This document shows, piece after piece, positions 52,801 through 64,000 of a stretch of 64,000 nt of DNA. The notes beneath the pieces were generated by a model. The model saw only the letters and a list, made by a program, of their open reading frames with translations. It was not told where the DNA came from and ran no database searches. The position numbers and the translations under genes were made by a program. The DNA comes from the human T2T-CHM13v2.0 reference genome, Homo sapiens, in NCBI RefSeq assembly GCF_009914755.1, contig NC_060930.1; one strand, 5' to 3'. Position 1 is the stretch's first letter; the number at the start of each line of letters is the position of its first letter.

Positions 52801-55800
52801 TATAACCCTAGACAGAAGAATTTTCAGAAACCTCATTGTGATGTGTGCGTTCATCTCACAGAGTGGAGTCTTCCGTTTGATAGAGAAGTTTTGAAACCCT
52901 GTTCTTGTAGGATTTCCAAGTGGATATTTAGACCACTTTGAAGCCTATGATAGAAAAGGAAACATCTTCATGGAAAACATAGATAGAATCATCCTCAGAA
53001 ACAACTTTGTGATGTGTGCGTTGAACTCACCGTCTTTAACCTTTCTTTTGGTAGAGAAGTTTTGAAACACTCTCTTTGTAAAGTCTACAAGTGGATATTT
53101 TGAGCCCTTGGAGGCATTCTTTGGAAAAGGGAATGTCTTCACATAAAAGGCAGACGGAAGTGTTCTCAGAAACTGCTTTGTGATGTCTGTGTTCAACTCA
53201 CAGAGTTTAACATTTCCTTTGATAGAGCGGTTTAGTAACCCTCTCTTTGTAGAATTTGGAAGTGTATACTAAGAGCGCTTTGAGGCCTATGGTAGAAAAG
53301 GAAATATCTTTCCATAAAAGCTAGACAGAAGCAATCTCAGAAACTCCTTTGCGATGTCTGCATTCAACTCACCGAGTGGAACATTCCTCTTGAGAGAGCA
53401 GTTTGGAAACACTCTTTCTGTAGAATCAGCTTGTTTGTATTTGGACCTCCTTGAGGCCTTCGTTGGAAACGGGTTTTCATCTTATAAACCCAGACAGAAG
53501 AATTCTCAGAGTCTTCTTTGTGATGTGTGCTTTCAACTCACCGAGATAAAGATTTCTCTTGATAGAGCAATTTGGAAACACTCTTTTTGTAGAATTTGCA
53601 AGGGTACATTGAGAGCGCTTTCAGGCCTATGGTAGAAAAGGGAATATCTTTCCATAAAAGGTAGACAGAAGCAATCTCAGAAACTACTTTGTGATGTGTG
53701 CATTCAACTCACCGAGTGCAACGTTCCTCTTGACCGAGCAGTTTGGAAACATTGTTTCTGTAGAATCTGCAAGTGGATATTTGGACCTCTTTGAGGCCTT
53801 CGTTGGAAACGGGATTTCTTCCTATAAACCCAGACAGAAGAATTCTCAGAGACTTCTTTGTGATGTGTGAATTCAACTCACAGTGTGGATCCTTCCTTTT
53901 GATAGAGCAGTTTTGAAACCCTGTTTTTGTAGTATTTCCAAGCGGATATTCGGAACGCCTTGAAGCGTATGGTAGAAAAGGAAATATCTTCCCATAAAAC
54001 CTAGACAGAACCAATCTCAGAAACGACTTTGTGATGTCTGCATTCAAGTCACAGAGTTGAACATTTCTCTTGATAGAGCAGTTTTGAAACCCTCTTTCTG
54101 AAGGATCTGCAAGTGGATATTTGGAACTCCTTTGGGTCTTCGTTGGAAACGGGATTTCTTCGTATAAATCTAGACAGAAGAATTCTCCGAAACTTCTTTG
54201 GTTGTGTGCATTCAAGTCACAGAGTGGAACCTTCCTTTGGATAGAGCAGTTTGAAACGCCGTGGTTGTAGTATTTCCAAGCGGATATTAGAGCGCCTTGA
54301 GGCCTATGGTAGAAAAGGAAATATCTTCCCATAAAACCTAGACGGAAGCAATCTCAGAAACTACTGTGTGATGGCTGCATTCCACACACACGGTGGAACA
54401 TTTCTCTTGATAGAGCAGTTTTGAAACACTCTTTCTGTAGAATCTGCAAGTGGATAATTGGACCGCCTTGAGGCCTTCGTTGGAAACGGGATTTCTTCAT
54501 GTTACTCTAGATAGAAGAATTCTCAAACACTGCTATGTGATGTTTGCATTCAAGTCACAGAGTGCAACATTCCTCTTGGTAGAGCAGTTGGGAAACACTC
54601 CTTTTGTAGAATCTGCAATGGGATATTTGGACTTCTTTGAGGCCTTCGTTGGAAACGGGATTTCTTCGTATGAATCTAGACAGAAGAATTCTCAGAAACT
54701 TCCTTGTGATGTGTGCATTCAACTCAGCGAGTGGCACCTTCCTTTGGATACAGCAGTTTTGAAACACTGTTTTTGTAGTATTTCCAAGCGGATATTTAGA
54801 GCGCCTTGAAGCCTATGCTAGAAATGGAAATATCTCCCCATAAAACCAAGACAGAAGCAATCTCAGAAACTAATGTGTGATGGCTGCATTCCACACACAC
54901 GGTGGACCATTTCTCTTGATAGAGCAGTTTTGAAACACTCTTTCTGTAGAATCTGCAAGTGGATAATTGGACCTCCTAGAGGCCTTCGTTGGAAACGGGA
55001 TTTCTTCATCTAAACCTACAGAGAAGAATTCTCAGTAACTTCTTCGGATGTGTGCATTCGACGCACAGAATGGAACATTCCCTTTGATAGAGCAGTTTTG
55101 AGACACCGTTTTTGTAGAATTCCCAAGTGGATATTTAGAGCACTTTGAAGTCTCTGCTAGAAAAGGAAACATCTTCATGTAAAAAGTAGATAGAATCGTT
55201 CTCAGAAAGTGCTTAGTGACGTGTGCGTTCAACTCACAGAGTTTAACGTTTCTTTTGATAGAGCGTTTCTGAAACACCCTTCTTGTAGTAGCTGCAAGTG
55301 GATATTTGGACCTATTGGAGGCCTTCTTTGGAAATGGGATTTCTTCATGTAACTCTAGATTGAAGAGTTCTCAGAAACTCCTTTGTGATGTGTGCATTCA
55401 ATTCAAAGAGTGAAACCTCCCTTTTCACAGAGCAGTATTGAAACACTGTTTTTGTAGGATTTCCAAGGGGATATTTATAGCGCATTGAGCCTACGGCGGA
55501 AAAAGAAACATCTTCCTATAAAAACTAGACAGAATACTTCTCAGAATCTGCTTTGCGATGTGTGCGTTCAACTCACAGAGTAAAACTTTTCTTTTGATAG
55601 AGCAGTTTTGAAACACTCTTTTTGTAGTATTTGCATGTGTATATTTAGAGCGCATTGAAGCCCACAGTAGAAAAGGAAATAACTTCACCTAAAACCTAGA
55701 CAGAAGCAATCTCAGAAACTACTTTGTGATGTGTACATTCAACTCACAGAGTGGAACTTTCCTCTTTATAGAGCAGTGTTGAAACACTCTTTTTGTAGAA

Positions 55801-58800
55801 ACTGCAAGTGGATATTTGGACCTCTTTGAGGCCTTCGTTGGAAACGGGATTTCTTCCTATAACCCTAGACAGAAGAATTTTCAGAAACCTCATTGTGATG
55901 TGTGCGTTCATCTCACAGAGTGGAGTCTTCCGTTTGATAGAGAAGTTTTGAAACCCTGTTCTTGTAGGATTTCCAAGTGGATATTTAGACCACTTTGAAG
56001 CCTATGATAGAAAAGGAAACATCTTCATGGAAAACATAGATAGAATCATCCTCAGAAACAACTTTGTGATGTGTGCGTTGAACTCACCGTCTTTAACCTT
56101 TCTTTTGGTAGAGAAGTTTTGAAACACTCTCTTTGTAAAGTCTACAAGTGGATATTTTGAGCCCTTGGAGGCATTCTTTGGAAAAGGGAATGTCTTCACA
56201 TAAAAGGCAGACAGAAGTGTTCTCAGAAACTGCTTTGTGATGTCTGTGTTCAACTCACAGAGTTTAACATTTCCTTTGATAGAGCGGTTTAGTAACCCTC
56301 TCTTTGTAGAATTTGGAAGTGTATACTAAGAGCGCTTTGAGGCCTATGGTAGAAAAGGAAATATCTTTCCATAAAAGCTAGACAGAAGCAATCTCAGAAA
56401 CTCCTTTGCGATGTCTGCATTCAACTCACCGAGTGGAACATTCCTCTTGAGAGAGCAGTTTGGAAACACTCTTTCTGTAGAATCAGCTTGTTTGTATTTG
56501 GACCTCCTTGAGGCCTTCGTTGGAAACGGGTTTTCATCTTATAAACCCAGACAGAAGAATTCTCAGAGTCTTCTTTGTGATGTGTGCTTTCAACTCACCG
56601 AGATAAAGATTTCTCTTGATAGAGCAATTTGGAAACACTCTTTTTGTAGAATTTGCAAGGGTACATTGAGAGCGCTTTCAGGCCTATGGTAGAAAAGGGA
56701 ATATCTTTCCATAAAAGGTAGACAGAAGCAATCTCAGAAACTACTTTGTGATGTGTGCATTCAACTCACCGAGTGCAACGTTCCTCTTGACCGAGCAGTT
56801 TGGAAACATTGTTTCTGTAGAATCTGCAAGTGGATATTTGGACCTCTTTGAGGCCTTCGTTGGAAACGGGATTTCTTCCTATAAACCCAGACAGAAGAAT
56901 TCTCAGAGACTTCTTTGTGATGTGTGAATTCAACTCACAGTGTGGATCCTTCCTTTTGATAGAGCAGTTTTGAAACCCTGTTTTTGTAGTATTTCCAAGC
57001 GGATATTCGGAACGCCTTGAAGCGTATGGTAGAAAAGGAAATATCTTCCCATAAAACCTAGACAGAACCAATCTCAGAAACGACTTTGTGATGTCTGCAT
57101 TCAAGTCACAGAGTTGAACATTTCTCTTGATAGAGCAGTTTTGAAACCCTCTTTCTGAAGGATCTGCAAGTGGATATTTGGAACTCCTTTGGGTCTTCGT
57201 TGGAAACGGGATTTCTTCGTATAAATCTAGACAGAAGAATTCTCCGAAACTTCTTTGGTTGTGTGCATTCAAGTCACAGAGTGGAACCTTCCTTTGGATA
57301 GAGCAGTTTGAAACGCCGTGGTTGTAGTATTTCCAAGCGGATATTAGAGCGCCTTGAGGCCTATGGTAGAAAAGGAAATATCTTCCCATAAAACCTAGAC
57401 GGAAGCAATCTCAGAAACTACTGTGTGATGGCTGCATTCCACACACACGGTGGAACATTTCTCTTGATAGAGCAGTTTTGAAACACTCTTTCTGTAGAAT
57501 CTGCAAGTGGATAATTGGACCGCCTTGAGGCCTTCGTTGGAAACGGGATTTCTTCATGTTACTCTAGATAGAAGAATTCTCAAACACTGCTATGTGATGT
57601 TTGCATTCAAGTCACAGAGTGCAACATTCCTCTTGGTAGAGCAGTTGGGAAACACTCCTTTTGTAGAATCTGCAATGGGATATTTGGACTTCTTTGAGGC
57701 CTTCGTTGGAAACGGGATTTCTTCGTATGAATCTAGACAGAAGAATTCTCAGAAACTTCCTTGTGATGTGTGCATTCAACTCAGCGAGTGGCACCTTCCT
57801 TTGGATACAGCAGTTTTGAAACACTGTTTTTGTAGTATTTCCAAGCGGATATTTAGAGCGCCTTGAAGCCTATGCTAGAAATGGAAATATCTCCCCATAA
57901 AACCAAGACAGAAGCAATCTCAGAAACTAATGTGTGATGGCTGCATTCCACACACACGGTGGACCATTTCTCTTGATAGAGCAGTTTTGAAACACTCTTT
58001 CTGTAGAATCTGCAAGTGGATAATTGGACCTCCTAGAGGCCTTCGTTGGAAACGGGATTTCTTCATCTAAACCTACAGAGAAGAATTCTCAGTAACTTCT
58101 TCGGATGTGTGCATTCGACGCACAGAATGGAACATTCCCTTTGATAGAGCAGTTTTGAGACACCGTTTTTGTAGAATTCCCAAGTGGATATTTAGAGCAC
58201 TTTGAAGTCTCTGCTAGAAAAGGAAACATCTTCATGTAAAAAGTAGATAGAATCGTTCTCAGAAAGTGCTTAGTGACGTGTGCGTTCAACTCACAGAGTT
58301 TAACGTTTCTTTTGATAGAGCGTTTCTGAAACACCCTTCTTGTAGTAGCTGCAAGTGGATATTTGGACCTATTGGAGGCCTTCTTTGGAAATGGGATTTC
58401 TTCATGTAACTCTAGATTGAAGAGTTCTCAGAAACTCCTTTGTGATGTGTGCATTCAATTCAAAGAGTGAAACCTCCCTTTTCACAGAGCAGTTTTGAAA
58501 CACTGTTTTTGTAGGATTTCCAAGGGGATATTTATAGCGCATTGAGCCTACGGCGGAAAAAGAAACATCTTCCTATAAAAACTAGACAGAATACTTCTCA
58601 GAATCTGCTTTGCGATGTGTGCATTCAACTCACAGAGTAAAACTTTTCTTTTGATAGAGCAGTTTTGAAACACTCTTTTTGTAGTATTTGCATGTGTATA
58701 TTTAGAGCGCATTGAAGCCCACAGTAGAAAAGGAAATAACTTCACCTAAAACCTAGACAGAAGCAATCTCAGAAACTACTTTGTGATGTGTACATTCAAC

Positions 58801-61800
58801 TCACAGAGTGGAACTTTCCTCTTTATAGAGCAGTGTTGAAACACTCTTTTTGTAGAAACTGCAAGTGGATATTTGGACCTCTTTGAGGCCTTCGTTGGAA
58901 ACGGGATTTCTTCCTATAACCCTAGACAGAAGAATTTTCAGAAACCTCATTGTGATGTGTGCGTTCATCTCACAGAGTGGAGTCTTCCGTTTGATAGAGA
59001 AGTTTTGAAACCCTGTTCTTGTAGGATTTCCAAGTGGATATTTAGACCACTTTGAAGCCTATGATAGAAAAGGAAACATCTTCATGGAAAACATAGATAG
59101 AATCATCCTCAGAAACAACTTTGTGATGTGTGCGTTGAACTCACCGTCTTTAACCTTTCTTTTGGTAGAGAAGTTTTGAAACACTCTCTTTGTAAAGTCT
59201 ACAAGTGGATATTTTGAGCCCTTGGAGGCATTCTTTGGAAAAGGGAATGTCTTCACATAAAAGGCAGACGGAAGTGTTCTCAGAAACTGCTTTGTGATGT
59301 CTGTGTTCAACTCACAGAGTTTAACATTTCCTTTGATAGAGCGGTTTAGTAACCCTCTCTTTGTAGAATTTGGAAGTGTATACTAAGAGCGCTTTGAGGC
59401 CTATGGTAGAAAAGGAAATATCTTTCCATAAAAGCTAGACAGAAGCAATCTCAGAAACTCCTTTGCGATGTCTGCATTCAACTCACCGAGTGGAACATTC
59501 CTCTTGAGAGAGCAGTTTGGAAACACTCTTTCTGTAGAATCAGCTTGTTTGTATTTGGACCTCCTTGAGGCCTTCGTTGGAAACGGGTTTTCATCTTATA
59601 AACCCAGACAGAAGAATTCTCAGAGTCTTCTTTGTGATGTGTGCTTTCAACTCACCGAGATAAAGATTTCTCTTGATAGAGCAATTTGGAAACACTCTTT
59701 TTGTAGAATTTGCAAGGGTACATTGAGAGCGCTTTCAGGCCTATGGTAGAAAAGGGAATATCTTTCCATAAAAGGTAGACAGAAGCAATCTCAGAAACTA
59801 CTTTGTGATGTGTGCATTCAACTCACCGAGTGCAACGTTCCTCTTGACCGAGCAGTTTGGAAACATTGTTTCTGTAGAATCTGCAAGTGGATATTTGGAC
59901 CTCTTTGAGGCCTTCGTTGGAAACGGGATTTCTTCCTATAAACCCAGACAGAAGAATTCTCAGAGACTTCTTTGTGATGTGTGAATTCAACTCACAGTGT
60001 GGATCCTTCCTTTTGATAGAGCAGTTTTGAAACCCTGTTTTTGTAGTATTTCCAAGCGGATATTTGGAACGCCTTGAAGCGTATGGTAGAAAAGGAAATA
60101 TCTTCCCATAAAACCTAGACAGAACCAATCTCAGAAACGACTTTGTGATGTCTGCATTCAAGTCACAGAGTTGAACATTTCTCTTGATAGAGCAGTTTTG
60201 AAACCCTCTTTCTGAAGGATCTGCAAGTGGATATTTGGAACTCCTTTGGGTCTTCGTTGGAAACGGGATTTCTTCGTATAAATCTAGACAGAAGAATTCT
60301 CCGAAACTTCTTTGGTTGTGTGCATTCAAGTCACAGAGTGGAACCTTCCTTTGGATAGAGCAGTTTGAAACGCCGTGGTTGTAGTATTTCCAAGCGGATA
60401 TTAGAGCGCCTTGAGGCCTATGGTAGAAAAGGAAATATCTTCCCATAAAACCTAGACGGAAGCAATCTCAGAAACTACTGTGTGATGGCTGCATTCCACA
60501 CACACGGTGGAACATTTCTCTTGATAGAGCAGTTTTGAAACACTCTTTCTGTAGAATCTGCAAGTGGATAATTGGACCGCCTTGAGGCCTTCGTTGGAAA
60601 CGGGATTTCTTCATGTTACTCTAGATAGAAGAATTCTCAAACACTGCTATGTGATGTTTGCATTCAAGTCACAGAGTGCAACATTCCTCTTGGTAGAGCA
60701 GTTGGGAAACACTCCTTTTGTAGAATCTGCAATGGGATATTTGGACTTCTTTGAGGCCTTCGTTGGAAACGGGATTTCTTCGTATGAATCTAGACAGAAG
60801 AATTCTCAGAAACTTCCTTGTGATGTGTGCATTCAACTCAGCGAGTGGCACCTTCCTTTGGATACAGCAGTTTTGAAACACTGTTTTTGTAGTATTTCCA
60901 AGCGGATATTTAGAGCGCCTTGAAGCCTATGCTAGAAATGGAAATATCTCCCCATAAAACCAAGACAGAAGCAATCTCAGAAACTAATGTGTGATGGCTG
61001 CATTCCACACACACGGTGGACCATTTCTCTTGATAGAGCAGTTTTGAAACACTCTTTCTGTAGAATCTGCAAGTGGATAATTGGACCTCCTAGAGGCCTT
61101 CGTTGGAAACGGGATTTCTTCATCTAAACCTACAGAGAAGAATTCTCAGTAACTTCTTCGGATGTGTGCATTCGACGCACAGAATGGAACATTCCCTTTG
61201 ATAGAGCAGTTTTGAGACACCGTTTTTGTAGAATTCCCAAGTGGATATTTAGAGCACTTTGAAGTCTCTGCTAGAAAAGGAAACATCTTCATGTAAAAAG
61301 TAGATAGAATCGTTCTCAGAAAGTGCTTAGTGACGTGTGCGTTCAACTCACAGAGTTTAACGTTTCTTTTGATAGAGCGTTTCTGAAACACCCTTCTTGT
61401 AGTAGCTGCAAGTGGATATTTGGACCTATTGGAGGCCTTCTTTGGAAATGGGATTTCTTCATGTAACTCTAGATTGAAGAGTTCTCAGAAACTCCTTTGT
61501 GATGTGTGCATTCAATTCAAAGAGTGAAACCTCCCTTTTCACAGAGCAGTTTTGAAACACTGTTTTTGTAGGATTTCCAAGGGGATATTTATAGCGCATT
61601 GAGCCTACGGCGGAAAAAGAAACATCTTCCTATAAAAACTAGACAGAATACTTCTCAGAATCTGCTTTGCGATGTGTGCGTTCAACTCACAGAGTAAAAC
61701 TTTTCTTTTGATAGAGCAGTTTTGAAACACTCTTTTTGTAGTATTTGCATGTGTATATTTAGAGCGCATTGAAGCCCACAGTAGAAAAGGAAATAACTTC

Positions 61801-64000
61801 ACCTAAAACCTAGACAGAAGCAATCTCAGAAACTACTTTGTGATGTGTACATTCAACTCACAGAGTGGAACTTTCCTCTTTATAGAGCAGTGTTGAAACA
61901 CTCTTTTTGTAGAAACTGCAAGTGGATATTTGGACCTCTTTGAGGCCTTCGTTGGAAACGGGATTTCTTCCTATAACCCTAGACAGAAGAATTTTCAGAA
62001 ACCTCATTGTGATGTGTGCGTTCATCTCACAGAGTGGAGTCTTCCGTTTGATAGAGAAGTTTTGAAACCCTGTTCTTGTAGGATTTCCAAGTGGATATTT
62101 AGACCACTTTGAAGCCTATGATAGAAAAGGAAACATCTTCATGGAAAACATAGATAGAATCATCCTCAGAAACAACTTTGTGATGTGTGCGTTGAACTCA
62201 CCGTCTTTAACCTTTCTTTTGGTAGAGAAGTTTTGAAACACTCTCTTTGTAAAGTCTACAAGTGGATATTTTGAGCCCTTGGAGGCATTCTTTGGAAAAG
62301 GGAATGTCTTCACATAAAAGGCAGACGGAAGTGTTCTCAGAAACTGCTTTGTGATGTCTGTGTTCAACTCACAGAGTTTAACATTTCCTTTGATAGAGCG
62401 GTTTAGTAACCCTCTCTTTGTAGAATTTGGAAGTGTATACTAAGAGCGCTTTGAGGCCTATGGTAGAAAAGGAAATATCTTTCCATAAAAGCTAGACAGA
62501 AGCAATCTCAGAAACTCCTTTGCGATGTCTGCATTCAACTCACCGAGTGGAACATTCCTCTTGAGAGAGCAGTTTGGAAACACTCTTTCTGTAGAATCAG
62601 CTTGTTTGTATTTGGACCTCCTTGAGGCCTTCGTTGGAAACGGGTTTTCATCTTATAAACCCAGACAGAAGAATTCTCAGAGTCTTCTTTGTGATGTGTG
62701 CTTTCAACTCACCGAGATAAAGATTTCTCTTGATAGAGCAATTTGGAAACACTCTTTTTGTAGAATTTGCAAGGGTACATTGAGAGCGCTTTCAGGCCTA
62801 TGGTAGAAAAGGGAATATCTTTCCATAAAAGGTAGACAGAAGCAATCTCAGAAACTACTTTGTGATGTGTGCATTCAACTCACCGAGTGCAACGTTCCTC
62901 TTGACCGAGCAGTTTGGAAACATTGTTTCTGTAGAATCTGCAAGTGGATATTTGGACCTCTTTGAGGCCTTCATTGGAAACGGGATTTCTTCCTATAAAC
63001 CCAGACAGAAGAATTCTCAGAGACTTCTTTGTGATGTGTGAATTCAACTCACAGTGTGGATCCTTCCTTTTGATAGAGCAGTTTTGAAACCCTGTTTTTG
63101 TAGTATTTCCAAGCGGATATTCGGAACGCCTTGAAGCGTATGGTAGAAAAGGAAATATCTTCCCATAAAACCTAGACAGAACCAATCTCAGAAACGACTT
63201 TGTGATGTCTGCATTCAAGTCACAGAGTTGAACATTTCTCTTGATAGAGCAGTTTTGAAACCCTCTTTCTGAAGGATCTGCAAGTGGATATTTGGAACTC
63301 CTTTGGGTCTTCGTTGGAAACGGGATTTCTTCGTATAAATCTAGACAGAAGAATTCTCCGAAACTTCTTTGGTTGTGTGCATTCAAGTCACAGAGTGGAA
63401 CCTTCCTTTGGATAGAGCAGTTTGAAACGCCGTGGTTGTAGTATTTCCAAGCGGATATTAGAGCGCCTTGAGGCCTATGGTAGAAAAGGAAATATCTTCC
63501 CATAAAACCTAGACGGAAGCAATCTCAGAAACTACTGTGTGATGGCTGCATTCCACACACACGGTGGAACATTTCTCTTGATAGAGCAGTTTTGAAACAC
63601 TCTTTCTGTAGAATCTGCAAGTGGATAATTGGACCGCCTTGAGGCCTTCGTTGGAAACGGGATTTCTTCATGTTACTCTAGATAGAAGAATTCTCAAACA
63701 CTGCTATGTGATGTTTGCATTCAAGTCACAGAGTGCAACATTCCTCTTGGTAGAGCAGTTGGGAAACACTCCTTTTGTAGAATCTGCAATGGGATATTTG
63801 GACTTCTTTGAGGCCTTCGTTGGAAACGGGATTTCTTCGTATGAATCTAGACAGAAGAATTCTCAGAAACTTCCTTGTGATGTGTGCATTCAACTCAGCG
63901 AGTGGCACCTTCCTTTGGATACAGCAGTTTTGAAACACTGTTTTTGTAGTATTTCCAAGCGGATATTTAGAGCGCCTTGAAGCCTATGCTAGAAATGGAA
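46889..64000 (+). repeat. Five full 18-mer units (U17-U21; starts 46889, 49946, 53003, 56060, 59117) plus a partial unit U22 (62174-64000)
   Basis: Constant 3,057 bp spacing of ORF markers 47240 to 62525; the array runs off the window edge. Confidence 0.95.

Larger units (their letters stand above)
1..64000 (+). repeat. D6Z1: Centromeric alpha-satellite higher-order repeat array, 18-mer (3,057 bp) with 15-mer variants; most likely human chromosome 6 D6Z1 (SF1)
   Basis: ~170 bp monomers with alphoid motifs (cattcaactcacagag, gatagagcagttttgaaacactc, tctcagaaact) and CENP-B boxes. Near-identical ORF sets recur at exactly 3,057 bp (352, 3409, 6466, 9523, 12580...). A BamHI site GGATCC at rel 885-890 recurs in each unit, matching the classical ~3 kb BamHI repeat of D6Z1. 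Alpha-satellite identity is near certain; the chromosome assignment is from recall of HOR size. Confidence 0.93.

Noticed and set aside
1-64000. Possible transposon insertion, inversion or foreign segment hidden in the array
   Set aside because: Unit spacing is exactly 3,057 or 2,551 bp throughout and the orientation never changes, leaving no room for an insertion. A small equal-length replacement was not seen by eye but cannot be fully excluded without alignment.
1-64000. Claim that this window is the kinetochore site (centromere dip region) or a novel biological system
   Set aside because: Kinetochore position is epigenetic (CENP-A, hypomethylation) and cannot be read from sequence. Everything seen is explained by a known satellite family and its turnover.

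Overview
The whole 64 kb window is one uninterrupted, single-orientation array of human/hominid centromeric alpha-satellite DNA (~170 bp monomers). The monomers form a highly homogeneous 3,057 bp 18-monomer higher-order repeat (HOR). The period, the mostly dimeric A/B (SF1-like) pattern and a BamHI site in each unit fit D6Z1, the active chromosome 6 centromeric array; this assignment is from recall, not a database search. Phased from position 1, there are 17 full 18-mers, four 2,551 bp 15-mer deletion variants (15286, 20894, 38730, 44338) and one partial unit at the end. Each 18-mer has 7 intact and 2 degenerate CENP-B boxes. I see no genes, RNA genes, transposons or CRISPR arrays, and all ORFs in the track are repeat artefacts. 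I found no new gene system. What deserves attention is the array's internal evolution: an old three-monomer duplication inside the HOR, a 15-mer that removes one copy of it at a CENP-B-box-adjacent homology, linked SNP haplotypes with recombinant or converted units, and single CENP-B boxes lost by CpG transitions. 'Rel' coordinates are positions in the first unit (1-3057). Variants were read by eye, so the catalogue may be incomplete.
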